From Candidatus Krumholzibacteriia bacterium (GTDB taxonomy: Bacteria; Krumholzibacteriota; Krumholzibacteriia; WVZY01), in NCBI GenBank assembly GCA_036478295.1, contig JAZGDW010000060.1, positions 1 to 20,376 on the forward strand: a DNA stretch of 20,376 bases. Reading direction: 5' to 3'. Position numbers and translations under genes: made by a program. The notes under the pieces were generated by a model, which saw only the letters and a list, made by a program, of their open reading frames with translations, did no database searches and was not told where the DNA came from. This document shows, piece by piece, positions 6,656 to 15,029 of this stretch; position 1 is the first letter of the stretch, and every line of letters starts with the position of its first letter.

Positions 6656-9586
6656 ATGACTACCGAACGCCTGCGTCCCTTAGGATTGCAGGTTGTTTTC
6701 TGTCTTGTTCTGGTGGTAGCGGTCGCGGGCATGACGAACAGGGCGTACGCCGACGTCCTGGCACACCAAAAAATCAGTGCCACACAAGGAGGTTTCACCG
6801 GACTGCTGGCTAATGGCACACGTTTCGGCAGCTCGTTAGCCTCGTTGGGTGATCTCGACGGCGACGGAGTGGTCGATATGGCCGTAGGCGCGTATTTCGA
6901 TGGCGAAGGCGGTGACCTCCGTGGTGCGGTGTGGATACTGTTCCTCAACGTAGATGGGACGGTTAAGGCGCACCAAAAGATCAACGACCTCAACGGTGGG
7001 TTCACCGGCACGCTTTTGAACCGCGATAATTTTGGCAATTCAGTAACATCGCTCGGCGATCTCGACGGCGACGGAGTCGTCGACTTGGCAGTTGGGGCGT
7101 GGGCCGATGACGACGGCGGCATCGATCGCGGTGCCGTGTGGATCCTGTTTCTCAACAGCAACGGGACGGTAAAGTCACACCAGAAGATTAGTGCCACGCA
7201 GGGTGGTTTCACCGGACTGCTGGCTTTTTTCGATTCGTTTGGCACTTCGGTATCGTCGCTGGGTGACCTCGACGGCGACGGAGTCGTCGACCTGGCAGTG
7301 GGAGCAATGGAGGATGACAACGGCGGAACCGATCGGGGGGCGGTGTGGATCCTGTTCCTCAACGTAGATGGGACGGTCAAGTCGCACCAGAAGATCAGCG
7401 CTACCCAGGGCGGGTTCACTGGCACGCTCGATGACGACGATCTATTCGGTTTCTCAGTGGCTTCTCTGGGCGACCTCGACGGCGACTTGACCGGTGATTT
7501 AGCGGTTGGGGTCCTACACGATGACGACGGTGGCATCGATCGCGGTGCCTTATGGGTCCTGTTCCTCAACAGCGACGGGACGGTAAGGACGCAACAGAAG
7601 ATCAGTAATACCCAGGGTGGGTTCACCGGCGCACTCGATGATCTGGATCACTTTGGTGTTCGCCTTGCGCTCCTGGGGGACCAGGACGGTGATGGCGTTG
7701 GGGATCTCCTGGTGGCAGCAAACTTGGACGACGACGGTGGCGTGGATCGAGGGGCAGTGTGGGTGCTGTTCCTCAATAGCAACGGCACGGTGAAATCTCA
7801 AGAGAAGATCAGCGACATCCAGGGCGGGTTCACCGGCACACTCGATGATCGAGATGTTTTTGGCACCGGCACGGCCTCGCTCGGCGACCTCAATGGCGAC
7901 GGTAACGATGATCTGGCCGTTGGGGCTTTTTGGGATGACGACGGCGGAACGGACCGGGGAGCTGTGTGGGTGTTATTCGGCAGCGCTTGTAGCGTCCAAC
8001 CATCGAGCATCGATTTCGGCACGCTCTTTGTGGGCGAGTCGAAGGATACGACGTTCACGATTATAAACGGCGGTGCGGGATCGATCGGGGGCACGGTATT
8101 CGAGTCCTGCCCGGACTACAGCATTCTATCGGGCGGCGGAGGATACCTTCTGGCTCCCGGCGAATCGCTCATCGTCGCGGTGCGGTTCGAGCCGGTAGGC
8201 CCTGCGGGTGACTGCATCGTTTCGACCGGGGCTCCGTGCAGCAACGTGTTTCTGACCGGAGTTGGCGTGCAATGTGTGGTTCAACCGATCAGCATCGATT
8301 TCGACACGCTCGACGTTGACGTTTCCAAGGACTCGACCTTTGCCATCGTCAACGTTACCCCGGTTCCAGTCAGCGGAAACGTGTCCCTGTCGTCGTGTCC
8401 CGACTACAGCATCGTCTCGGGTGCAGGACCCTACACACTCGCTCCCGGTGAAACGCTAACTGTTACGGTCAGATTCATGCCGACAAATGAGGGGGCGCTG
8501 AGTTGCACCGTCCAGACCGGCGCGTGCGGCAATGTTCTGCTGACAGGTGTCGGAAGAGAACGGCGCTCCGCCCTTATTTCGTCCATCGTCGACGTGGGAA
8601 ACGACCAGGGGCGCCAGGTGCGGATCACGTTCCTGAGGTCTTTCTTTGACGTGCCGGGCTCGCCCGCGCCGATTCTTCAGTACGAGGCGTACCGCCGCAT
8701 CGATCCCCTGCCGGCCGCGCCCATGGGCGTGAGCCTCGAGAATCGGGGAACGCGGGACGATCGCACGCGTCGCGCGCGTGAAGCGGGAATGGTTTCCGAT
8801 CCGGGCGTCCTGGACGCCGGCTGGGATTTTGTGGGAGCGACGCCCGCTCATGTCGCTCCGGAATACAACATGATTGCGCCGACGCTGGCGGACTCGACAC
8901 GCAGGAACGGCATGCACTGGTCCGTGTTCTTCATCCGCGCGGCGACGGCCGACCCCGCCACGTTTTTTGATTCGCCCGCCGATTCCGGCTACTCGCTGGA
9001 TAACCTCGCTCCCGGTCCGCCCACGGGTCTTGTGGTCACCTACAACACAGGGATCGGCAACGAGCTCGTGTGGGACCCCAGCGATGACGGCGATTTCGAG
9101 ACTTTCAGGGTCTACCGCGGGACGGCGCCCGACTTCACACCGGCCCCGGTCAATCTCGTACACTCGACGGCGGGCATACAGTGGATGGATCCGGTGGCCG
9201 AGGGCTGGCAGTATCATTACAAGCTGACGGCTGAAGACTTGTCCGGTAACGAAAGCGATCCAACGGCTCCCGGGACCGTGACGGGGATTGACGCTGTTGT
9301 CCCGCAAACGTTCGCCCTTCACCAGAACGTGCCGAACCCGTTCAACCCGGTCACAAAGATTGTTTACGAGGTACCGGCGGGTGGCGGCCGGGTAACCCTT
9401 GTCATCTATGACGTGCAGGGGAGACTCCTGCGCACTCTGGTGAATGGACGGGAAACACCGGGGCGCAAAACGGTAACCTGGGACGGAAGGGACGACCGGG
9501 GGCAAAGGGTGGCCTCGGGTGTCTATTTCTATCGTATGCAGGCCGGGGATTTCACCCGGACACTCAAGATGGTGCTGATGAAGTAG
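6656..9586 (+). CDS. Secreted FG-GAP/integrin-alpha-like beta-propeller adhesin with two Cys-containing Ig-like (choice-of-anchor-D-like) domains, a linker domain, an FN3-like domain and FlgD-Ig CTD
   Basis: Signal peptide ends RAYA|D. There are six FG.S..SLGDLDGDG..DLAVGA repeats with DxDxDG Ca-binding loops, two C.VQP.SIDF...LAPGE.L.V.VRF.P domains, and a CTD QNVPNPFNP...WDGRDDRGQRVASGVYFYRM...KMVLMK. Confidence 0.9.
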   Translation: MTTERLRPLGLQVVFCLVLVVAVAGMTNRAYADVLAHQKISATQGGFTGLLANGTRFGSSLASLGDLDGDGVVDMAVGAYFDGEGGDLRGAVWILFLNVDGTVKAHQKINDLNGGFTGTLLNRDNFGNSVTSLGDLDGDGVVDLAVGAWADDDGGIDRGAVWILFLNSNGTVKSHQKISATQGGFTGLLAFFDSFGTSVSSLGDLDGDGVVDLAVGAMEDDNGGTDRGAVWILFLNVDGTVKSHQKISATQGGFTGTLDDDDLFGFSVASLGDLDGDLTGDLAVGVLHDDDGGIDRGALWVLFLNSDGTVRTQQKISNTQGGFTGALDDLDHFGVRLALLGDQDGDGVGDLLVAANLDDDGGVDRGAVWVLFLNSNGTVKSQEKISDIQGGFTGTLDDRDVFGTGTASLGDLNGDGNDDLAVGAFWDDDGGTDRGAVWVLFGSACSVQPSSIDFGTLFVGESKDTTFTIINGGAGSIGGTVFESCPDYSILSGGGGYLLAPGESLIVAVRFEPVGPAGDCIVSTGAPCSNVFLTGVGVQCVVQPISIDFDTLDVDVSKDSTFAIVNVTPVPVSGNVSLSSCPDYSIVSGAGPYTLAPGETLTVTVRFMPTNEGALSCTVQTGACGNVLLTGVGRERRSALISSIVDVGNDQGRQVRITFLRSFFDVPGSPAPILQYEAYRRIDPLPAAPMGVSLENRGTRDDRTRRAREAGMVSDPGVLDAGWDFVGATPAHVAPEYNMIAPTLADSTRRNGMHWSVFFIRAATADPATFFDSPADSGYSLDNLAPGPPTGLVVTYNTGIGNELVWDPSDDGDFETFRVYRGTAPDFTPAPVNLVHSTAGIQWMDPVAEGWQYHYKLTAEDLSGNESDPTAPGTVTGIDAVVPQTFALHQNVPNPFNPVTKIVYEVPAGGGRVTLVIYDVQGRLLRTLVNGRETPGRKTVTWDGRDDRGQRVASGVYFYRMQAGDFTRTLKMVLMK
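6763..7980 (+). repeat. Intragenic tandem repeat, six units of 207 bp (69 aa)
   Basis: The first Asp codon of the GDLDGDG-type motif recurs at 6851, 7058, 7265, 7472, 7679 and 7886, an exact 207-bp period with clear DNA-level similarity. Confidence 0.9.
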
Positions 9587-9652
9587 TTCGCGTGCGAAAC
9601 GACGGCGAATCTCCAGACCGGAGACCGCGGCGCCTCGATCGAAGCGTCGGAG

Positions 9653-10550
9653 CTAGAGCCCGTCTATAAGACCGGTGAATTCCAGCATCAGCTGCGTGAA
9701 CGGTTCGTCCGGGAACACGTCGTTGTCGAACCCTTCGCTGGTCGTCCTGGAATAGCGCTTGTAGCCGAACGACAGGTTCACGCCGATGTGGACCTTTCTG
9801 AACTGCACCAGGGCGACCCCGAAGCCACCGAACACGGCGAAAAAGTTGACGCCGTCAGAGCTGATAGTCTCGGTTTGCCCTCCCGTCCCCACGAAAAGGA
9901 TGGGATTTTTGTAATCCCAGGAGAGATGTCCGACGCGCAGTCCGAGATGCGTGTAGAGGCCCATAAAGGTGTGCGCGGGCGTGAAGTAATAACGCCCACC
10001 GATGTCCCCCGGCGATCTCCAACTCATCGTCCAGTCCCGAGGTGGCCTGCGCATTCTCGGTCTGGTTGGTGGGCATGACGAGTCCGCGGAGATCGACCCG
10101 CAGTCTTTTTTCGAAGAAATCCGGCCCGATCTGTATACCAAAGAGCGCAAAACCGTCCAGCTCATTTTTCCCCAGTGACCCGCCGCCCACGACTACGCCA
10201 ACGTGAAGACGCTCTTTTTCGGAGGGGGGTCGAAGATCCTCATCGTCGTACGCATCAGAGCCGTCGGAGTCAAACCCAATGATCCCGATCCCGATGCCGA
10301 TGCCGCTGTCGTCGTCATCGTCGTCGGGGACGACGGGGTCATCCTTTTCGCCCTTTTTCTTCTTCTTCCTCAGGGGTTCCTGGTCCTCGGGCTTCTTCTT
10401 CGCTTCCTCCGACGCTTCGCTCAGTTTGATACCGCGTTTCTTCGGTGGCGAGCCGCTGCAGCCGGTAAGAACCAGCGCAAAGAGAAATACGGTGAGATTC
10501 AAACAAAGGATAAGCAGCCTGACGGGTGTGAGGTTCAAACGTCTGGACAT
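9653..10550 (-). pseudogene. Predicted lipoprotein with a charged low-complexity linker and an outer-membrane beta-strand-like C-terminal domain; +1 frameshift in a G5 run (10006-10010); pseudogene, phase-variable gene or sequencing error
   Basis: AAGGAG lies 8 nt before ATG 10550 and the lipobox reads VLTG|C. ORF 9855..10616 runs ...DDELEIAG and ORF 9653..10165 continues DIGGRYYFTP.... Removing one G from GCC GGGGG AC gives a continuous ELEIAGDIGGRYYF with alternating-hydrophobic strands. Confidence 0.7.
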
Positions 10551-10624
10551 ACCATGACTCCTTGGGGATGGGTTACAGAGCGGGAGCAGTATATCACTGT
10601 GGGAAAGGACGTTCAACAGCGGTG

Positions 10625-11908
10625 CTAATGCAGCGTGCCGAACCCTTGCAACTCGACATCGGCGAAATGGAACTGCATGTTGTATCGCCGGTGCAACTCC
10701 TCGGCCAGAATACGCGCTGCCAGAGCGTGCCCGTAACGATTGGGGTGGCTGTCACGTTTGACGTAGAGATAGCGCTGCTTCAAACCGTCCTTGAACTCCT
10801 GCAGCGGGTACAGAAGAGGAATGTCTTGCTCGCGGCAGAATTCCGCGAGTCGGTCGTAGGGCCTTCTCATATCCAGGCGTTCAGCATCGATTCCCGAACG
10901 GTGGATCAAATCCTCCCGCCAGGCATCGTCCACCTCGATCCGAAGCGGAAACCCGAACACGATCAAGTCGGTTCCCATACGCTCACACCGGTCTGCCAGC
11001 CGGCGGAGAATCGCCTGTGTAACCTGCCACCCCCTCTCGAACTCGGCGCCGTAGGCCTTCCGATAGACGGACCAGTTACTGTAATTCTGCTCGAGGCCGC
11101 TCTTGGTAAAGCCCGGCTGAAGGGGTTCGACGCTGTGTCTAACCACGCGGCCGTATTTCACACGGTCCAGGCGGCGCTTCACGAAGACAAGCAACCGGCT
11201 CTTCTTGAGGAAATCGCGCAACCGTACGTGGCCCGGTACCATCGGGGCCTCGAAATCGGTATTGACCAGCACGAGGGAGTCACCGTCGAGCACAAAAGTC
11301 GGTTTCGGCGCGGTTGACAGGTAAAGATGATCGAGCATGTTGTTGAGCACGTCGTTGGCCATCGTCAGCTGGATGATCACAACATCGGGTTCCAGCCGCC
11401 AGCCGCTGGACTCAAAATAGAGCAACTCCTGGTCGTTTCCCCAGCCCGCGACACCCGCGTTCAGCACTTCATTGTCTTCGCCCATCGCCCGCTGCAGAAA
11501 ATCCGAGTACCTCCATTCCGCGTCAACACCGGTGCCGAAGGTAACGGAATCGCCGAGAAGGAGGATCCTCCTCCCTCGCCTGCCTCGTGACACTGGGATC
11601 TCACGTTCCCTCAGTCCGAAAGAATTTATTTTGATCATGTAGTCCAGGTTTCGCTGGTAATCGACGGCTCGCAAATGGCTGTCGGGCTTGAGAGCCCACC
11701 CGAGCGTCTTGTCGAAGCGGAACACGGTGCCGAGATTTTCGGGGGTGTAGTAGGAACGGACCACGATCTCGCCCGCGGCGAGCAGCACCGCGATCACACC
11801 CAGGCTCAGGGCGAGATTACCGGCGAGCCGGCGCCTGGGGCGGGTGATTGAGCGGAAGGCGGTAATGAGATGCTCCTTCTGACCGTAGCTCCACGCTTGG
11901 CCGGTCAT
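10625..11908 (-). CDS. Membrane-anchored SGNH/GDSL hydrolase family protein (possible polysaccharide O-acetyltransferase or esterase)
   Basis: An N-terminal TM helix ends ...LLAAGEIVVR, followed by INSFGLRE, block I LLGDSVTFG, block II NAGVAGWG, block III MAND and block V DSHPN..GH. The start is uncertain (ATG 11908 or ATT 11866). Confidence 0.85.
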   Translation of the reverse strand: MTGQAWSYGQKEHLITAFRSITRPRRRLAGNLALSLGVIAVLLAAGEIVVRSYYTPENLGTVFRFDKTLGWALKPDSHLRAVDYQRNLDYMIKINSFGLREREIPVSRGRRGRRILLLGDSVTFGTGVDAEWRYSDFLQRAMGEDNEVLNAGVAGWGNDQELLYFESSGWRLEPDVVIIQLTMANDVLNNMLDHLYLSTAPKPTFVLDGDSLVLVNTDFEAPMVPGHVRLRDFLKKSRLLVFVKRRLDRVKYGRVVRHSVEPLQPGFTKSGLEQNYSNWSVYRKAYGAEFERGWQVTQAILRRLADRCERMGTDLIVFGFPLRIEVDDAWREDLIHRSGIDAERLDMRRPYDRLAEFCREQDIPLLYPLQEFKDGLKQRYLYVKRDSHPNRYGHALAARILAEELHRRYNMQFHFADVELQGFGTLH

Positions 11909-11994
11909 GGTGCGAACCCGCCGGGTATGCACACGCGGTAAGCCAGCCAGGGATCCCCTGCTGGATGCATAGCCCCTGCTCAATGCCAGATACT

Positions 11995-12023
11995 ATTCTA
12001 CTCCCATGAAAGCCGCCCTTCAA
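11995..12023 (-). promoter_or_regulatory. Sigma70-type promoter for the SGNH gene and probably the lipoprotein gene
   Basis: The minus strand reads TTGAAG-N17-TAGAAT. Confidence 0.6.
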
Positions 12024-12144
12024 GCCGAATCCACACGTTGCCCGCTCGCCCGGCCAATGCTGCCGCTACGCCCGCCCCGGGGAGAAGTCTGCGTACCCTC
12101 CGTCAACCGTTTCACACCGGGCCCCGATCTACGCTCAAAAGTCG

Positions 12145-12174
12145 TTGGAATTCACGCCGGAAAATGGGTACGAT
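12145..12174 (+). promoter_or_regulatory. Possible sigma70-type promoter for the methyltransferase
   Basis: TTGGAA-N18-TACGAT, 30 bp upstream of ATG 12205. Confidence 0.4.
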
Positions 12175-12204
12175 CGAGCCGCCACGGAGTGCGAGAGGAG
12201 GAAA

Positions 12205-13041
12205 ATGAGTTCGACGGCGGCAGATAAACCATCCAGGAAGAAAAAGAAACGCAGAGGGCCCGAGATACGCGACATCCACCGCCTCTATGAAGAGGCCGTG
12301 CAGTGCCCCGAAGAAGATGTCAGATTCTTCGACCGCGTGTATTCAAAAAAGAACGGCCGGCCGCCGCGCGTCTTGAAAGAGGATTTTTGCGGCACCGCGC
12401 TGCTGGCTGCCGAGTGGGTCCGCACACGTGCGGACAACGAGGCCATCGGGGTCGACCTCGACAAAGCAACGCTCGATTGGGGGCTGGAGCACAACATTGC
12501 CCCGCTCGACGGTGACCGGAAACGGGTCCAGATCATCCACGCAAACGTCCTCGACGTGCGGGAGCCGAAAGTGGACGTTGTCGCGGCGCTCAACTTTTCA
12601 TATTTTATTTTCAAGACACGCGGTGAGCTACGCAAGTACTTCGAGAACGCCCGTGCCTCCCTGGCGCCCGGCGGCGTCCTCGTGGTCGATATTTTCGGCG
12701 GCTGGGAATCACAGATGGAAGTCACGGACAAAACCCGCAACAAGGGATTCACCTACGTATGGCAGCAGCAGAGCTACGACCCCCTGTCACATGAAACCCG
12801 CTTCCACATACACTTTCGCTTTCACGACGGAGGCGGCATCAAGAAGGCCTTTACCTACGACTGGCGTTTGTGGGGCATTCCCGAAGTGCGCGAGTTGATG
12901 GTAGTGGCCGGCTTTGCGCACACTGACGTCTACTGGGAAGGCATCGCCCCCGACACTGGCGAAGGCGATGGGGACTTCCGCCGCGTGGTCGAAGCGGAGA
13001 ACTGCCCCGGCTGGAACGCGCTGATCGTGGCGTCCACCTAG
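12205..13041 (+). CDS. Class I SAM-dependent methyltransferase, substrate unknown
   Basis: GAGGAGG precedes ATG 12205. The protein has motif I-like LKEDFCGTA, acidic GVDLD, ALNFSYF and LAPGGVLVVD. Its stop overlaps the stop of the convergent agcS-like gene (CTAG 13038-13041). Confidence 0.85.
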   Translation: MSSTAADKPSRKKKKRRGPEIRDIHRLYEEAVQCPEEDVRFFDRVYSKKNGRPPRVLKEDFCGTALLAAEWVRTRADNEAIGVDLDKATLDWGLEHNIAPLDGDRKRVQIIHANVLDVREPKVDVVAALNFSYFIFKTRGELRKYFENARASLAPGGVLVVDIFGGWESQMEVTDKTRNKGFTYVWQQQSYDPLSHETRFHIHFRFHDGGGIKKAFTYDWRLWGIPEVRELMVVAGFAHTDVYWEGIAPDTGEGDGDFRRVVEAENCPGWNALIVAST

Positions 13042-14450
13042 CCGCGGCGGCCCGGCGGCGGTGCCGCCTCCATGCGGTCAAAATAATCCTTGTATTCCCG
13101 TTTTGCCATACGCGAGAGAAACAGGATCGCGATAAGATTCGGTGCGGCCATCAGTCCATTCGATACATCCGCCAATGCCCACACGAGCGGCAGTGAGAGC
13201 GTGGCGCCGATGAAACTGAAAAGGACGAACACAATGCGATACGGCGTGATGGCCCTGCGTCCCCAGAGAAAGCTCACGCTGCGGTCACCGTAGTAGGACC
13301 ACGAGATCATGGTCGAATAGGCGAAAAGCGGGACGGCGAGCGTTACGATGTAATGACCGTTTGCGAAGATTGGTGACAGGCCTTGCCTGAAGGCCCATGC
13401 GGTGAGGGCGGCGCCGTTCAGCAGGTCACCGTTGGCATCGAGACCGCTGTGCCACGCGCCGGTGCTGATGATGACGAGACCTGTGATCGAGCAGACGATA
13501 ATCGTGTCAGCGAACGGGCCGATCTGGGCGACGATCCCTTCGCGTACCGACTCCCGGGTCTTTGCCGCGGCGTGGGCGATGGGGGCCGACCCCTGGCCCG
13601 CCTCGTTCGAGAAGAGCCCCCGCTTGCATCCCCAGGTAAGCGTCATCAAGAACGCCGATCCGGCAAACCCACCGATTTGTCCTTGAGGCGTGAACGCCTT
13701 GGAGAAGATCAAGCTGATGGCCCCGGGTAGCTGGTCGATGTTGAGAATGAGAACCACGGCTCCGCCGACCATGTAGAGGACCGCCATGGTCGGCACCAGG
13801 CGCGAGGCGACGTGCCCGATCCTGCGAATGCCGCCGACGATGACGATGCCCACCATGAGCGCCATCACGCCGCCTGTGACCCAGGTGGGGATGTTAAGGT
13901 CGTGCTTCAGGATCTGGCTGACCGTATTCGACTGCACCATGTCGGCGCTTCCGAGACTGGCGAAGGCAGCCAGAAAAGCGAACGTCGCACCGAGCCATTT
14001 CCAGTTCTTGCCCATGCCGTTGGCGATGTAATACATCGGCCCACCCGACACGCTGCCATCCGGGTTAATAACGCGGTGCCGGTGCGCGAGGTAACACTCG
14101 ACGCCTTTTGTGGCCATGCCGACAAACGCGGTGACCCACATCCAGAAAAGCGCCCCCGGGCCCCCGTAGTGTATCGCGGTTGCCACGCCGGCGATGTTTC
14201 CGATGCCAATTGTCGCCGAGAGCGCGGACGAAAGGGCCTGAAAATGGCTGAGGTCGCCTTCCTCGTTTGGATCGTCGTAGTCGCCGCGGATGACATCCAC
14301 GCTGTGCTTGAATCTGCGGATCTGGACGAAGCGAAAATAGATGGTGAGGAAAAGACCCGTGCCAATCAGCAGTATCAGGAAAGGCATACCCCAGACGATT
14401 CCCGACAGAAAGCTGATAAACGATTCGAACTGTTCGAGGACGTTGGACAA
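13038..14450 (-). CDS. Alanine/glycine:cation symporter (AGCS family)
   Basis: Family signatures are SHFQALSSALSATIGIGNIAGVATAI..GGPGALFWMW, GGPMYY, RGLFSNEAGQGSAPIAHAAA, DTIIVCSIT and WSYYG. The likely start is TTG 14450 (GGGGA upstream), although the ORF is open to 14534. Confidence 0.93.
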   Translation of the reverse strand: MSNVLEQFESFISFLSGIVWGMPFLILLIGTGLFLTIYFRFVQIRRFKHSVDVIRGDYDDPNEEGDLSHFQALSSALSATIGIGNIAGVATAIHYGGPGALFWMWVTAFVGMATKGVECYLAHRHRVINPDGSVSGGPMYYIANGMGKNWKWLGATFAFLAAFASLGSADMVQSNTVSQILKHDLNIPTWVTGGVMALMVGIVIVGGIRRIGHVASRLVPTMAVLYMVGGAVVLILNIDQLPGAISLIFSKAFTPQGQIGGFAGSAFLMTLTWGCKRGLFSNEAGQGSAPIAHAAAKTRESVREGIVAQIGPFADTIIVCSITGLVIISTGAWHSGLDANGDLLNGAALTAWAFRQGLSPIFANGHYIVTLAVPLFAYSTMISWSYYGDRSVSFLWGRRAITPYRIVFVLFSFIGATLSLPLVWALADVSNGLMAAPNLIAILFLSRMAKREYKDYFDRMEAAPPPGRRG

Positions 14451-14558
14451 AGTGTTCCCCAGCGGCGGCTCAATCTGAAGAATCGACCCGCCGGCCTCAC
14501 CGTGCCCTCCGGGTCGGCCATCGGCGGTTCGCAACCGCCGGGGCCCGGGCGGCGAGGC

Positions 14559-15029
14559 CTAATTGAAGTCAGGTGCCCTCAACAATTTATAAACTCGTAT
14601 TACGGAACCGACGATCAGCACCAATCCGGCCACGATCATAATGAAAATGCCATCGATCGGGGCGGTACGAAAACGCACGGACACGGTCGTCGATCTGGAC
14701 ACTTCGTCTTGTCCGAGCCCCAGCCACGTCGCGGTAATCGTGGCAATCCCGGCGGCTGTCGGGGTCCATTGCAGCGTACCACCCGCCGCCGAGCGCCCGA
14801 TCGGGTTGGTTTCGGACACGCTGCTGCCCGGCCGGTAAGTCACGGAAACGTTGGCGCCAGTTACAGGCAGGCCTCTGTCGTCCATGACCTGAATGCGCAC
14901 CTCCTCCTGATGGGTCGGGAACGTTTTCTCGAGTATGATGTTGCCCTCCGCCTGCGCGTTGCCGGCCACAACCGTACCAGCCAGGAACATCGTGACACAC
15001 AGCAAAACGGTCTTATTCCGCGTCGGCAT
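14559..15029 (-). CDS. Hypothetical exported beta-rich (Ig or carboxypeptidase-regulatory-like) protein with a C-terminal membrane anchor
   Basis: Signal peptide ends NAQA|E, followed by VRIQVMDDRGLPVTGANVSVTYRPGS and a C-terminal TM helix GIFIMIVAGLVLIVGSVI with basic tail RVYK. ATG 15029 has an AAGGTGA SD and overlaps the end of the NSS gene. Confidence 0.8.
   Translation of the reverse strand: MPTRNKTVLLCVTMFLAGTVVAGNAQAEGNIILEKTFPTHQEEVRIQVMDDRGLPVTGANVSVTYRPGSSVSETNPIGRSAAGGTLQWTPTAAGIATITATWLGLGQDEVSRSTTVSVRFRTAPIDGIFIMIVAGLVLIVGSVIRVYKLLRAPDFN

Noticed and set aside
6763..7980. Regular repeats considered as a CRISPR array or a DGR template/variable pair
   Set aside because: The units are in-frame 207-bp coding repeats without spacers. 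Differences are not adenine-specific, and no reverse transcriptase or cas gene is present.
9587..9652. Short hairpins between convergent genes (TTCG-cgtg-CGAA, TCTCC-agacc-GGAGA)
   Set aside because: The stems are only 4-5 bp and lack U-tracts, too weak to call as terminators.
14451..14558. Glycine riboswitch expected upstream of an alanine/glycine symporter
   Set aside because: The conserved GGAGA...CCGAAG...CUCUCAGG pattern is absent.
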